A DNA stretch of 64,000 bases from Nitrospirota bacterium (GCA_963703955.1 CAVPGK010000013.1:32001-96000); one strand, 5' to 3'. Positions 10,561 to 21,179 are shown, numbered from the stretch's first letter. A program made the numbers and translations. The notes: generated by a model from the sequence alone, not told the origin.

Positions 10561-13155
10561 CTAATTGGCATGACGCAGAATGGCGGAACCGAGGCCAGTG
10601 CCATCCTTGGGAGCCAATAGGCGTATGGGACCGAGAGTCGCACGGCGCTCGACAAATTGTCCGTTTTCCCGGATGACGGCGCCGTTGGTTAGAACGGCTT
10701 GTAATGGAAAGGTTCCCCCTTTGGTGTACAGATGGATGTAAGCCGTACGCCAGCCCGTCTCGGAAAGACTGGGCAGCGGGACGGGATTCTCACCCAATGT
10801 CATGCTCAGAGTTGGCCAGACGCCTCCGGCCGCCTCTCCGCGTATCGGAACAAAAAGCACGACTTCTCCGAGCGGTAACTCAATACGCGTGGTTGCTGTC
10901 AGTCCGGAGGAGAGCCATCCTTCAATCATTCCGGCCCATGTCCCTCCGGCTACGGCTTCAACGGGCAGCTGGCGACGGCCCCTTGATTGGCCGTAGCCGA
11001 TGACGAGAACCTCTTGAGCCGGAGTAAGGATGCGGAGGTCCGGATGGGCGTCTTGCTCCGCCCATCGGTCGGAAAATAGCTGCCGCTCCGTCAACTCACC
11101 TAATAGTAGACGTCTGACCTTTAAGTCGTCTGGTAGCAGACTTTTGACGGTCCTCAGGTCCGGGACGAATCGCCAGATCGCCTTCATGTATTCTAAAGGC
11201 AGGTCAGACGCTCCCTGTCGAATAAGGGTCATCGCTGATTCCTGCTCGTTGACGCTGAGATTCTCCCACTGCACGAGATACCACTTCGCCACGGCAAACC
11301 GCACGTTCGGCTCCGCGGGGGCAAGCTTGAGGGCGGCCTGAGCCGCACGGCCCGATAGGTGCAACTCTCCGCTTTGCAGTGCCGCCCATGCCAATGCCGC
11401 TTGGATCCTGGCATTGGCCGGATGCAACCGGAGGGCTCGTTCATACCATTCGGTCGCGGACGTCCAGGCTGTCTTTGTCCCTTCACTGATCGTCGGAAGC
11501 ATTGATGCGGTTCGCTCAAAGACCTGACCCAATTTGAACGCATGCGCTGGTTGCCAGGGCTCGATCTGCTGCGCCATTCGATAGGACTCTGCGGCCTTCT
11601 TCAGTAAGGCTTGCTGGTGGTCGCCTCTCATCGTTTCAGCTTGTTTCACCAACGCATCTCCGGCTCGGTCCAAGAAATCGGCGGACGCCGTCAACGCGCT
11701 GATCCCCATCCCTACGATCGCTGTGGACAACATGAGGCGTTGCAGCAATGATGACCTGGGTGACGTGCGCTGTTGCCCCCTTACCGAAGAACTCTGACTT
11801 CGATGGTGGACAATGACCCATCCCAGAGACAGAATCGCTGAGAGGACCAAAGCGTTGGCCGGCATACGCAGGGGAAATTCGACAAAGCTGAAAAGGAAGA
11901 CAGCCGAAGCTCCCACAAGACAACCCCACCCCAGGCCTCGAGCCAATGGGTCACGGCGCTTGAACCAAGCGGGAATCACGGTCTTGAGGTAGATGAGCAA
12001 CCCTATGGCAAACAGCCCGGCGTAGATGACCCCACCTTCAGCGAGTATCTCCAGCGGCTCATTATGGGTGTGGTCGAAAACTTCTTTAATGGGGATCGGC
12101 AAGAACCGAGAGATATTATCAACGAGGCCGCCGAGGCCGATCCCAACAAAGGGAGATGATTGAAACAGGTCGTAGGTCCCTTCCCACGCCGCAAGCCGAT
12201 ACGATTCCTCGATGACCTCGAAACGATTCGCCACGATTCTCAGTGCACGCCAAGTGCCGGTGATGAGCAAGACGGCCAGTGTCCCAAAGCCGAGCGACAG
12301 GAAACCAACGAACCGTCGCAAACTGCCCAACGATCCAAAGATTCCAAACAGAACCACCATGGCGAAAGACGTGATGAGGCCAGTCCGTGAGAAGGAAAAA
12401 ATGATGGCCACGAAAATGGTTAATGACACGACAAAGAGGGGGCTGATGCGCGCCCACCGATCGAACCTCATGCCTGATTCGGACAGCTCATTCGCCGCCT
12501 TGGCTGTCGAGTCCTCCTGCCAACGAAAGAGGATGAGTCCCATACTCAAGCCAATTGCCATAATCAGGAGCGCGGCAAAATGATTACGATTGACGAAGGT
12601 TCCTGACGCCGGTATGTCCAGTTTCCCCCCCAGGTGCGCTAATCCCATAATCGCTTCGCCCGCGCCGATCAGAATGATGGTCGTTGCCAGCATCAGCATC
12701 CTGCTACGGGTCCTGCAGAGTCGTGCGACTAGAGCGAACGCCGTACCATAAGCTCCGATAAGCAGGCCGATTTGAACTGTCGCTGCCGGTGTCGTGGATA
12801 GGGGCCTCCATACGTTGTTCTTGATTGATGTCGGGAGAGTCCACGAGTACAGATCGGACAAGGATGGCGAGAGGGCCGAGATCAGCCTCGGCGACAATGG
12901 GACGACCTGCAAGAATGCAAAGACCATCACGAGCATCCAACACAGCATCAAGATGCGAAACCGCCGTTCAACCGCCGGAGGCCATTGTGTGTGCCACACA
13001 TGTGGAAGTGCATGTGAGATCGCGAACAACGCAAGGAGGCCAAATGCCAGACAGGCCTGTGCGAGTGGTGAGACTGACGCGGATGGAAGGGGGGCTAAGA
13101 CCAGGAGCGCGAGGAGCCCGAACCAGACAAGCGTCTCAGTTCTATGCGAAGCCAT
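10561..13155 (-). CDS. O-antigen ligase (Wzy_C)-family membrane protein with TPR region and C-terminal beta domain
   Basis: 'GTFVNRNHFA', 'SRTG', 'GIGLG', 'HTHNEPLEILAEGG', then TPR-like helices ('YERALRLHPANA'). Confidence 0.85.
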   Translation of the reverse strand: MASHRTETLVWFGLLALLVLAPLPSASVSPLAQACLAFGLLALFAISHALPHVWHTQWPPAVERRFRILMLCWMLVMVFAFLQVVPLSPRLISALSPSLSDLYSWTLPTSIKNNVWRPLSTTPAATVQIGLLIGAYGTAFALVARLCRTRSRMLMLATTIILIGAGEAIMGLAHLGGKLDIPASGTFVNRNHFAALLIMAIGLSMGLILFRWQEDSTAKAANELSESGMRFDRWARISPLFVVSLTIFVAIIFSFSRTGLITSFAMVVLFGIFGSLGSLRRFVGFLSLGFGTLAVLLITGTWRALRIVANRFEVIEESYRLAAWEGTYDLFQSSPFVGIGLGGLVDNISRFLPIPIKEVFDHTHNEPLEILAEGGVIYAGLFAIGLLIYLKTVIPAWFKRRDPLARGLGWGCLVGASAVFLFSFVEFPLRMPANALVLSAILSLGWVIVHHRSQSSSVRGQQRTSPRSSLLQRLMLSTAIVGMGISALTASADFLDRAGDALVKQAETMRGDHQQALLKKAAESYRMAQQIEPWQPAHAFKLGQVFERTASMLPTISEGTKTAWTSATEWYERALRLHPANARIQAALAWAALQSGELHLSGRAAQAALKLAPAEPNVRFAVAKWYLVQWENLSVNEQESAMTLIRQGASDLPLEYMKAIWRFVPDLRTVKSLLPDDLKVRRLLLGELTERQLFSDRWAEQDAHPDLRILTPAQEVLVIGYGQSRGRRQLPVEAVAGGTWAGMIEGWLSSGLTATTRIELPLGEVVLFVPIRGEAAGGVWPTLSMTLGENPVPLPSLSETGWRTAYIHLYTKGGTFPLQAVLTNGAVIRENGQFVERRATLGPIRLLAPKDGTGLGSAILRHAN

Positions 13156-13171
13156 ACGTCCCTGTGAAGCA

Positions 13172-15406
13172 CTACGTACGCTTCACCAATGACTTGTCCG
13201 GTGCCCGGCCGTAGTATCTCTTGTAGTATCCCACGTAGTAGGCCGACAGCTCACGAGCCTTGAGGCGCTGGAGAACCACACCTAGTACTTTGGTCTTTCC
13301 GTCTCGCAGCACGCGGGCCGCCATGCCGGCCGCATGACGGGTGGTATGCGCCGCTCGAATGACGAGAATCACCCCATCCACGCTGTGACCAACGATCACT
13401 GGGTCGGTCACAGCTAAAACAGGAGAAGAATCCACGACGGTATAGATCTCTTCCTTTTTGAAACTCTCCAAGAGGTCCAGCATCCGCTGCGATTGGAGCA
13501 ACTCTGCCGGGTTCGGAGGAATCGCTCCGCATGGAACGACCTTGAGGTTAGGAACCTGGGTCGGCTGCATCACTTCATGGAGTCCTACTTCCCCCACCAG
13601 ATAGTGGCTAAGGCCTCGTGTGAGGTTCAGGCCGAACACTTTCTGTAGACGGGGCTTTCGGAAGTCGCCTTCGAGCAAGACCGTGGGGCGGCCCAATTGC
13701 GCGAACGAGATCGCAAGGTTGATTGAAAATGCGGACTTGCCCTCTGCTTCTGTGGCGCTGGTGACGAGAAACGAAGTCGGCGGCTTGTCGGCGGCCGATA
13801 GAATCAGGCTGGTCCGAATCGTGCGGAGGTGTTCAGCGAGGATTGATTGCGGTGTCTCATGTGTGGCGAGATCAACCCCTTGCGAGTTCTTTCCGGATTC
13901 GCTGAAGACAGGGAGAAAGCCCAAGAAGGCCAGCCCAGGTAGGTAGTGGCCGATATCTTCAGGCGTTTTGATCGTGCTGTCCATGTATTCCAGGAAGAAG
14001 GCCAAGCCGACCCCGGCTAAGAGGCCGAGCAGAGTGGCTAGGAACACGGTTTGGATCTTTCGCGGCTTGACCGGCTCGAGGGAGACTATCGCCGGGTCCG
14101 CCACATAAATATTGCTGGTGCGTATTTCTGTGGCGATATCGGTCTCCTTCATTCGTTTGAGAAACATTTCATAGAGCTGCCGGTTACTCTGGACTTCCCG
14201 CTCCAGGATGCCGAACTGGACCTCGTGTTGTCCGGCCGCCATGACGTCGACCTTTTGCTGATTCAGCGCATTTCGAATCACCCGCTCACGCGCCAGGGCG
14301 ACATCGTACTCCGCCTTGCTGGATGCATAGATCTTCTTGATCTCAGCCTGAATGCCGGCCTGCAGTTCCCGTAACTCCGATGCTGCTTGCACCATGGCCG
14401 GATGCTTGGGGCCGTACTTATCGCTCAATTCGGCGACCTTTTGCGCCACCTGAACCTCTTGAGCCCGGAGATTCTGGATCAGGAGTGAACCGAGCACTTC
14501 GGCTGAGGATTCCACGGCTCGGGGATCTCCCAGGACGGAAGCCAGTTGCTTGAATCGCGCCTCGGCTTCGACCCGCTTGGTTTCCGCGTGCACCAATTGT
14601 GTGTTGAGATCTCCTAGCTTCTGTGTCACCAGTCGTTTTCTATCGTCAACGCTGACAAGACCATAGCGGCTGGCGAACTCATGCAGAGTCCTCTCCGACT
14701 GCTCGACCTTCCGCCGAAGGTCGCCCACCCGCGCGGCAATCCACCTGGAAGCTTCCTCAGATGCGCCGACCTTCATCTCCAGCGACCGCGTAATGTACAC
14801 GGAGGCGATGGTATTGGCCGAGTCTGCTGCAAGCTGCGGGTCCACGGACTCGACCGTGACGCGAACGATTCGACTATTCGGCACAGGTTTGATGGTGACG
14901 TGGTCTCGAAAATCATTGACCAGCCGGCGCGTAGCCTCGGCTTCCGGTAAAGGAGCTGATGGATCGGCTGAGCCGGTCACCATCGTGGTGAGCAGCGCGA
15001 TGGTCGTCTTGAGCCCTTGGAGTCGTGATTCAAGGAAACCCAACGGCTTCGGTGAATATTCTGGATGGGCCTTGAGGTCAAGCCTTCCCGCTGCTACCTG
15101 AAGAATCTGATGACTTTTTAGCAGTTCATACTGAGTCTTATAATAGTCAATGCTGACATTGGTAGGGACGTAGACCTCCTCAACCACCTTCGACATGACA
15201 TTGGGACCTGACGGTTCAACCAGCAAGCTGACGGTCGATTCGTACACTGCCGGTTGTATCAGGAGATACAGGATCGCAGCCAGCACGACAGACACAAATA
15301 GACCCAAGACGGCCCATTTGCGTTTGAAGATCACGCGCAGATAGTCGCGGAGATGCGCCTCAACGGGCGATGCCAGGCCGGACGTCAGAGGAGTTGTCTG
15401 ATCCAT
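13172..15406 (-). CDS. wzc: Polysaccharide co-polymerase / tyrosine autokinase (Wzc/GumC)
   Basis: Two TMs, coiled-coil periplasmic region, Walker A 'SATEAEGKS', 'DFRKP', Tyr-rich tail 'AYYVGYYKRYY'. Confidence 0.95.
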   Translation of the reverse strand: MDQTTPLTSGLASPVEAHLRDYLRVIFKRKWAVLGLFVSVVLAAILYLLIQPAVYESTVSLLVEPSGPNVMSKVVEEVYVPTNVSIDYYKTQYELLKSHQILQVAAGRLDLKAHPEYSPKPLGFLESRLQGLKTTIALLTTMVTGSADPSAPLPEAEATRRLVNDFRDHVTIKPVPNSRIVRVTVESVDPQLAADSANTIASVYITRSLEMKVGASEEASRWIAARVGDLRRKVEQSERTLHEFASRYGLVSVDDRKRLVTQKLGDLNTQLVHAETKRVEAEARFKQLASVLGDPRAVESSAEVLGSLLIQNLRAQEVQVAQKVAELSDKYGPKHPAMVQAASELRELQAGIQAEIKKIYASSKAEYDVALARERVIRNALNQQKVDVMAAGQHEVQFGILEREVQSNRQLYEMFLKRMKETDIATEIRTSNIYVADPAIVSLEPVKPRKIQTVFLATLLGLLAGVGLAFFLEYMDSTIKTPEDIGHYLPGLAFLGFLPVFSESGKNSQGVDLATHETPQSILAEHLRTIRTSLILSAADKPPTSFLVTSATEAEGKSAFSINLAISFAQLGRPTVLLEGDFRKPRLQKVFGLNLTRGLSHYLVGEVGLHEVMQPTQVPNLKVVPCGAIPPNPAELLQSQRMLDLLESFKKEEIYTVVDSSPVLAVTDPVIVGHSVDGVILVIRAAHTTRHAAGMAARVLRDGKTKVLGVVLQRLKARELSAYYVGYYKRYYGRAPDKSLVKRT

Positions 15407-15409
15407 GGG

Positions 15410-16108
15410 TCAGAAAAAGCTTTCCGGGACGACGATCACGTCGTCGGGATACACCGGATCTTTCAGGCTCGCCGAGATTGTCAGCTCTTCCTTCTCTTTC
15501 AGGCGCTTGATCTTAATCCGGCCCGGCGCGGCCTTGTCGGTAAAGCCCCCAGCCAGTGTGACTGCCTTGAGAACCGTGAGTCCCTCTTCATAGGGATAGC
15601 CGCCTGGGGTCTTCACCTCGCCCGATACGAAAAAATTCCGGTACCGGGTGATATAGATGCTGACACGTGGATGCTTGAGATATCCATCGGCCAGCCGATC
15701 GGCGATCAGTTGCTCGGTTTCTTTGGCCGTGAGGCCTTGAATTTCAAGGACGCCAAGCAAGGGCAGGGCAATCTTTCCATCTCCGCTGACTTTTGTCTCT
15801 GTTGAGAGCGCTTCTTCTCCGAACACTTGGACCTTGATGACATCGTTGGCCCCCAGGCGGTAGCCTGGGTTCGGCGTACTTCCCATCCCAAGGTTAGGGA
15901 CATCCGGCGGTCTAGGATTGGACTTTGAAGCTGCCACTGATGGATGAGGGAAGCAGAGATTAAGAAAGAAGGCAAAGAGGATTAGAACTGCGCTTGGACC
16001 GACAACATCAAGACGCTTGCGTTGTACTGTACGCTGTCGAAATTCGAGAGGCGTTGCGTATAGAAATAGCTGGCCCGAGCGCCAAGCCATGGTTGGATCT
16101 GATACCAT
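15410..16108 (-). CDS. wza: Polysaccharide export protein (Wza/Poly_export + SLBB); true start probably downstream of 16108
   Basis: 'YRLGANDVIKVQVFGE', 'GKIALPLLG', 'GEVKTPG', 'AGGFT', C-terminal 'VPESFF'. Confidence 0.88.
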   Translation of the reverse strand: MVSDPTMAWRSGQLFLYATPLEFRQRTVQRKRLDVVGPSAVLILFAFFLNLCFPHPSVAASKSNPRPPDVPNLGMGSTPNPGYRLGANDVIKVQVFGEEALSTETKVSGDGKIALPLLGVLEIQGLTAKETEQLIADRLADGYLKHPRVSIYITRYRNFFVSGEVKTPGGYPYEEGLTVLKAVTLAGGFTDKAAPGRIKIKRLKEKEELTISASLKDPVYPDDVIVVPESFF

Positions 16109-17337
16109 ACGCCAGGCCCTATCGTGAGGTAGTCGTCCTTACGTAGCAGCGCCTTGCCATCGGCGAATATCGGATCAGAAAACCAGTCATGATCATACAG
16201 GAATTGGAACAGTGCCCGCCACTTTTTTGTCAGGTAGTGCCTGACGTCCACCCCTGCGCCGGTGCTGACGAAGAACCGGGTTCCTCCCAAGACTGTCTCG
16301 TTCGTCCGGCGAAAGACATTGAAGATGACTTCGGTCTGTTCCTGAGGAGTCCAGTAGACATTCCCATTGAAATATAACCCACTAAAGACGCCTGTGCCGC
16401 GTGTCGGTCCGGGGGGATTGTTGAACGTTTTTTGCTGCCAGCCCAGCGTGAGTTCTCCAGTGGTCTTTCCCGTCGCTTCCCATCGGGCGCCGCCCACTGT
16501 CGTAAAGGCGGTGCTATCGAGCGGCGTGTTGATCTCATACTCGTACGTGCCGATCCACTGTTCCATGAACAGATAGGTCTTCGGAGCTACCCGACCTCCC
16601 AAGGCCACGGCATAGTATGTCTCTTGTCTGTTCCGAGTATTAATGTCGCCCATGCTGGGCCCGCCCGTTGGGCCGGCGTTTGCACCGATGAATTGCCAGC
16701 GGATCGATTTGATTCGCGCCCGAACAAAGGCCTGTTTGGCATAGAGCGCCTCCACGCCAAAAATGGTGTTATAGAATTTGTTGGGCTCCTGAGCTCCTGT
16801 CGCCGTGGCTGTCGCTGTGGCAGATCCTAGATAGTCGTGACCGTCCTTGATCTCCTGCAGCAGGCTCAGCGTAAGGCCCCCTCTTAGATTAAAGACAAGG
16901 TTTGTGGCGATGGTCTGGTCTTCGACATTCTGGGAGGATTCGGAGGTGTAGCGTTCGATGTTCGTCCGGTAGTCAAACACTAACCTGTGGCGCCCCATGA
17001 ACGGGAGCTGGAGCTGAATGCCTGGCGCGAGCGAAAAGTACCAATCCGATACCCTCGGTCCAAATGGGCTCTTGGTTCTGAAGACGTTATCCGTAAAGGT
17101 TAAGGCCATCCCAAAATGGGGATGCACGATCACGGGTCCGGCCCTGAGGTTCCCGACCTCGATCAACGGAACGTACATGCTGAACGGGTTGGGATAGATT
17201 TCGTAGCCGACATTCGTGTACCGGGCTTGTTGGGTTAGGTAAGGATTTAAAGGAACGAGCTGCGCATCGACCGGATGGGTGGCGACGGCGCTGAGAACGA
17301 CCAGCCCCACGATGAATACGATCCGAAATGTCCTCAT
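15982..17337 (-). CDS. Outer-membrane beta-barrel protein associated with EPS export
   Basis: Signal peptide, alternating beta-strand pattern, 'TDNVF', terminal Phe ('SVQAQF'); immediately upstream of wza. Confidence 0.8.
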   Translation of the reverse strand: MRTFRIVFIVGLVVLSAVATHPVDAQLVPLNPYLTQQARYTNVGYEIYPNPFSMYVPLIEVGNLRAGPVIVHPHFGMALTFTDNVFRTKSPFGPRVSDWYFSLAPGIQLQLPFMGRHRLVFDYRTNIERYTSESSQNVEDQTIATNLVFNLRGGLTLSLLQEIKDGHDYLGSATATATATGAQEPNKFYNTIFGVEALYAKQAFVRARIKSIRWQFIGANAGPTGGPSMGDINTRNRQETYYAVALGGRVAPKTYLFMEQWIGTYEYEINTPLDSTAFTTVGGARWEATGKTTGELTLGWQQKTFNNPPGPTRGTGVFSGLYFNGNVYWTPQEQTEVIFNVFRRTNETVLGGTRFFVSTGAGVDVRHYLTKKWRALFQFLYDHDWFSDPIFADGKALLRKDDYLTIGPGVWYQIQPWLGARASYFYTQRLSNFDSVQYNASVLMLSVQAQF

Positions 17338-17398
17338 AAGCCTCGTGGGTGGAGCCGCATTCTCGGAGAAAAAGGAGGTACAGGGTTATAAGGCAGGG

Positions 17399-17427
17399 CT
17401 TATACCAAACCGCTCTTCATGACTCAA
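17399..17427 (-). promoter_or_regulatory. Putative sigma70 promoter of the EPS operon
   Basis: Minus strand TTGAGT-N17-TATAAG with extended -10 TGn, about 60 bp upstream of the beta-barrel gene. Confidence 0.5.
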
Positions 17428-17459
17428 CACAAAAATCTCAGTGAAGTCGGGAATGTCAT

Positions 17460-17927
17460 CTACTTGAGAAGTGCCGGAAGGAGACTACGGATTCGTTGGT
17501 CGAGTTCATCGCGGACAGTCCGGTAAGTCCGCAGGACCAACCAGTCTGGGCCCCATGATTTGGACGGGTCGTCGATACTCCAGTGGAGGCGGTGTTGGCT
17601 GGCCGGCCCGCATGGAGAAAGGGATCGGGCGTAGTCGCAAAGCGTGACCACCAAATCCATATCCTCAATTGGCACGTCCTCCAAACTCCTGCGGGCATGA
17701 TGGGCGATGTCGATATTAAGTTCCGCCATCACCCGAACGGCTCTCGGGTTTAAGGGGGCCGGGATCACGCCGGCACTGACCGCTTCGATTCGTCCCATCC
17801 CGTAGTGGCGGGCCAGACCCTCGGCCATCGGGCTTCGGCACGCATTCCCGGTGCAAATAAACAGCACACGAAGTGGACCTGGCTTTTGATCGGGCGGAGA
17901 TGCGATGAGACCGTGCTGCGGGTTCAT
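17460..17927 (-). CDS. ArsC/LMW protein-tyrosine-phosphatase family protein
   Basis: P-loop 'CTGNACRS', 'VVTLCD', 'HWSIDDP'. Confidence 0.85.
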   Translation of the reverse strand: MNPQHGLIASPPDQKPGPLRVLFICTGNACRSPMAEGLARHYGMGRIEAVSAGVIPAPLNPRAVRVMAELNIDIAHHARRSLEDVPIEDMDLVVTLCDYARSLSPCGPASQHRLHWSIDDPSKSWGPDWLVLRTYRTVRDELDQRIRSLLPALLK

Positions 17928-17945
17928 ACAGAAGGTTGACAGCGG

Positions 17946-18773
17946 TTACTTCGGGACATCCTGAGCGCAGCGGAAGCCGAGATCACGGTAACGGTCGGAC
18001 GGTGGAATCCCACGCCGGTTCGAGGTTCGGAGGCTGTAGGCCTTATCTCCCCAGGATCCCCCCCGAGTCACCTTAAGAAGACCGCTCTTGGATCCTTTTG
18101 GGTTCCGATCGTGATTGTTGAGGTAGGAGTTTGGGTTGTACCAATCAGCTACCCACTCCCAGACATTCCCGGAGACATCATAGAGCCAATAGGGGCTCTT
18201 CCCGTCCTCGAAACTCCCCACCGGGGCGAGGGTACCGTAACCTCGCCAGGTCCGACGGCTATCCCAATCGAAGTTGGCCAGTATTTCCGACGGTTCTTCG
18301 CTGCCCCATGGATATTTACGCCCGTCCGTTCCTCGCGCGGCTTTTTCCCATTCCGCTTCCGTCGGAAGGCGTTTCCCAGACCACTGGCAGTAGGCGTCGG
18401 CATCATTCCAGTCCACGCCGACCACGGGGCGAACCCAGTCGAACGTCGGATTGATCTCACCCCATTTATCCGGCTGTTTGCGCCCGGTGTCTTCCAGAAA
18501 TTTGGAAAATTGGGACGTCGTGACCTCAAACTTATCGACATAATAGGCGTCCAGATAGACGCGGTGCACCGGCCGTTCGTCGGACGCGCCCTGATTGCTA
18601 CCCATGAGAAACTCTCCAGCCGGAACGAGAGCCATAGGGGCGCCATCTTTGCCGGTAACTTCCATTGTGAGGGATTCCGGCCGATCAGACGCCCCTACCC
18701 GGACGGGGATGCTGCAGAGCAGCGTTGCGACACTGATATAGGTGGTAAGGCTCACTTTCAGAGAGTGCATCAA
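17946..18773 (-). CDS. Formylglycine-generating enzyme (SUMF1/FGE-sulfatase) family protein
   Basis: 'RLPTEAEWEKAARG', 'GNVWEWV', 'RGGSW', 'GFRCA'; signal peptide. Confidence 0.92.
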   Translation of the reverse strand: MMHSLKVSLTTYISVATLLCSIPVRVGASDRPESLTMEVTGKDGAPMALVPAGEFLMGSNQGASDERPVHRVYLDAYYVDKFEVTTSQFSKFLEDTGRKQPDKWGEINPTFDWVRPVVGVDWNDADAYCQWSGKRLPTEAEWEKAARGTDGRKYPWGSEEPSEILANFDWDSRRTWRGYGTLAPVGSFEDGKSPYWLYDVSGNVWEWVADWYNPNSYLNNHDRNPKGSKSGLLKVTRGGSWGDKAYSLRTSNRRGIPPSDRYRDLGFRCAQDVPK

Positions 18774-19092
18774 AGACTCTACAATGAACTATGCGTGCTG
18801 GCATGAATCCTGTTCGGAATTATTTACGAGTTTATTCTCATATTGGATGGATATAAGACACTCTAAACTAATCAAAGTCTAAAAGTATACAATAGCATAG
18901 GCGGTATTTAGAAAGGATCGAGCGACCGCGTTCGTGACCGCCACGTGGGTGTCTGCTGCTCGGGCTTTCCGGAATCAAAGCAGGTCTCCGGATGACAATC
19001 GCATGGCAGAGATACGTATTTGAGGACCTTGTGTTCGTGATACACTGAACCCACCCCAAACCATGAGCCGATACTGATATCAGGAGGAAGAC

Positions 19093-20100
19093 GTGGAAAT
19101 TCGATGCCATCTCCTCGGCGTGATTCTTCTGGTAGGCGTATCGCTGACCTATGTCGGTTGCGCCGGGACGCAGAACCTGTTCAAGAAAACTGAACCCGAG
19201 ACGGGGAAGCCTCGGATCTATGTGGCCAACGAAAGCTCCAACACCGTCACCGTCCTCGATGCCAAAACCTTTCGCTTGATCGGGACGGTGGATACGAAAA
19301 ATCATTCCACCCATGATCTCGCGCTCACGCGGGATGGCAGGCGCCTCTTCGCCACCAATCTTGCTTCCGGGAAGCTGTCGGTTATCGATACGGATATATT
19401 AGAGACGATCGCGTCGATCTATATCGGAAATCGATGCCATGTCGTGACCCTGTCCAACGACAACCGGCAGGCCTGGATCGCGAATATCGGCGAAGACACG
19501 ATTTCCATCATGGATACCGACACCTATCGCGTGCTCGGGACGATCCCGATCGGTAAGGGCCCGACCGGCATCGCCTTTTCGCAGGACGGGCGATATGCGT
19601 TTGTGAGCACCCAAGGGAGGAATGTGCAGGTGATCGATACGACATCCCACCAGATCGTGAAGACGATACCGGTCGGAGCTGATCCGCACTTTCTGGTGTT
19701 GAGCCCCGACGGTCGAATCTGGGGAACCAATGCGGGAGGAGACGACATTTTTGTTATTGATCCATTCACGCACGAAAAGGTAATAACGTTGGAAGTCGGG
19801 TCTCAGCCTCAACAGATTGCCTTCGGCTATAAAGGCATGCAGGGCCCCAACGCCTACGTCACCGTGAGCGGTCTTGGAAGGGTCGTGGTGGTCAACACCG
19901 ACTCCAAGAATCTGCGTGTCCTCGAGCAGATCGAGGTGGGAAAAGGACCGAACGGAATCTGGGCGAATCCGGAGGGCACGCGTCTGTATGTCGGACAGCA
20001 ACCGTCCAACGTGTTGAGGGTCATCGATACCGGCACCAGTCAGATCATCACAACCGTCTCGGTCGGCACCAAACCGATCCGCGTGATCGGCGGGCGATAG
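19093..20100 (+). CDS. YVTN/YncE-type beta-propeller lipoprotein
   Basis: Lipobox 'YVGC'; repeated 'YVAN..SNTVTVLD', 'IPVG..P' blades. Confidence 0.88.
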   Translation: MEIRCHLLGVILLVGVSLTYVGCAGTQNLFKKTEPETGKPRIYVANESSNTVTVLDAKTFRLIGTVDTKNHSTHDLALTRDGRRLFATNLASGKLSVIDTDILETIASIYIGNRCHVVTLSNDNRQAWIANIGEDTISIMDTDTYRVLGTIPIGKGPTGIAFSQDGRYAFVSTQGRNVQVIDTTSHQIVKTIPVGADPHFLVLSPDGRIWGTNAGGDDIFVIDPFTHEKVITLEVGSQPQQIAFGYKGMQGPNAYVTVSGLGRVVVVNTDSKNLRVLEQIEVGKGPNGIWANPEGTRLYVGQQPSNVLRVIDTGTSQIITTVSVGTKPIRVIGGR

Positions 20101-20151
20101 GTCCATGGTTTTGAGGGAGCGCTCAAGCAGAAGGCAGAGAGGAGGCATAGC

Positions 20152-20772
20152 ATGAACGGCGTCAGAGCGGCGGGTTTCGTCGCACTCGCCGTCCTGTTGA
20201 TCTGCAGGGTGGAGTTGGCTGGTGCGCAGGCACGCCAGGTCGGAACCGCGCAGAACGCGACCGGCATGTTGGTGATCGTGAGAGCCGATGGTGTGCAGGA
20301 GCACTTGCAGGGTAAGGGAGCGTTGCCGCTCTACGAAGGCGATGTGCTCAAAACAGAAATCGCGTGCCGCGCCTTGATTGAGATCGCTGAAGGCATTCAG
20401 GTGGCGCTCAACGAACAGACAGCCTTTAAGATCCTAGTGCGCTGGGAGAAGAACAAAGGGACCACTCCAATCATCCGCTTGATGCGGGGCGAAGTCTGGG
20501 TCCAGACGATGAATGGATCGAGCCCATTGCAAGTGGAGACACCGGTCGCCAATGTATCCGTGGAGCAGAGTGAGTTTGATCTGAAGGTCACCGAGGACGG
20601 TCAATCGGCTTTGACCGTACTTCAAGGGGTCGCGGAGTTCGGGACTCCGTTCGATACCTGTTCGGTCTTGGCTCCAAATGTGACCTCAAGCGTCCACGGC
20701 AATCCATGCAAGAAACTTCCCACCATCCCAGATGGAGCCCAGACGACGACCTGGATGAACTCCCTGAAGTAA
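20152..20772 (+). CDS. FecR-domain protein
   Basis: Signal peptide, 'LYEGDVLKT', 'LMRGEVW', 'VETPVANVSV'. Confidence 0.75.
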   Translation: MNGVRAAGFVALAVLLICRVELAGAQARQVGTAQNATGMLVIVRADGVQEHLQGKGALPLYEGDVLKTEIACRALIEIAEGIQVALNEQTAFKILVRWEKNKGTTPIIRLMRGEVWVQTMNGSSPLQVETPVANVSVEQSEFDLKVTEDGQSALTVLQGVAEFGTPFDTCSVLAPNVTSSVHGNPCKKLPTIPDGAQTTTWMNSLK

Positions 20773-20861
20773 CCGCTGCAAGAATCCCCCAATCCCCCCT
20801 TCTACCCCCGAAATGGCTCAGAGTTGGATCAGGTGGCTCGGCTGGCTCGGAGATAGCCGAG

Positions 20862-21179
20862 TCACGAGCGCGGTCCTAGTGTCTTGATCACGTCGGCAAG
20901 CTGCTGTGACGTGCTCGGGTTCAGATCAATAAATTCGACACCGAACAGACCTCTCTGTACCCAGCGAACCCCTGCCTGTTTGACCGCAATCATTGACTCT
21001 TGCCCGGGGACATCAAGGTGCACCACCAGATTCATTCGGGGGACAACGCGCATGTCGCTCTGTATCTTGCAGCCATGGGGTGACAGATCTAGGATCGTAC
21101 CAACATTGTCACCAAGGCTGAGTGACGAGAGGAGAGTAGAGAAGCGCACCGAGACACGCTGGTGGCGGCGCAGGTCCAT
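20862..21179 (-). CDS. Single-domain PilZ protein (c-di-GMP receptor)
   Basis: RxxxR ('RRHQR') and DxSxxG ('DLSPHG') motifs, 'VRWV', 'FGVEF'. Confidence 0.9.
   Translation of the reverse strand: MDLRRHQRVSVRFSTLLSSLSLGDNVGTILDLSPHGCKIQSDMRVVPRMNLVVHLDVPGQESMIAVKQAGVRWVQRGLFGVEFIDLNPSTSQQLADVIKTLGPRS

Noticed and set aside
16790..16822. Short repeat encoding ATATATA in the beta-barrel gene
   Set aside because: Low-complexity loop inside a CDS, not an independent element
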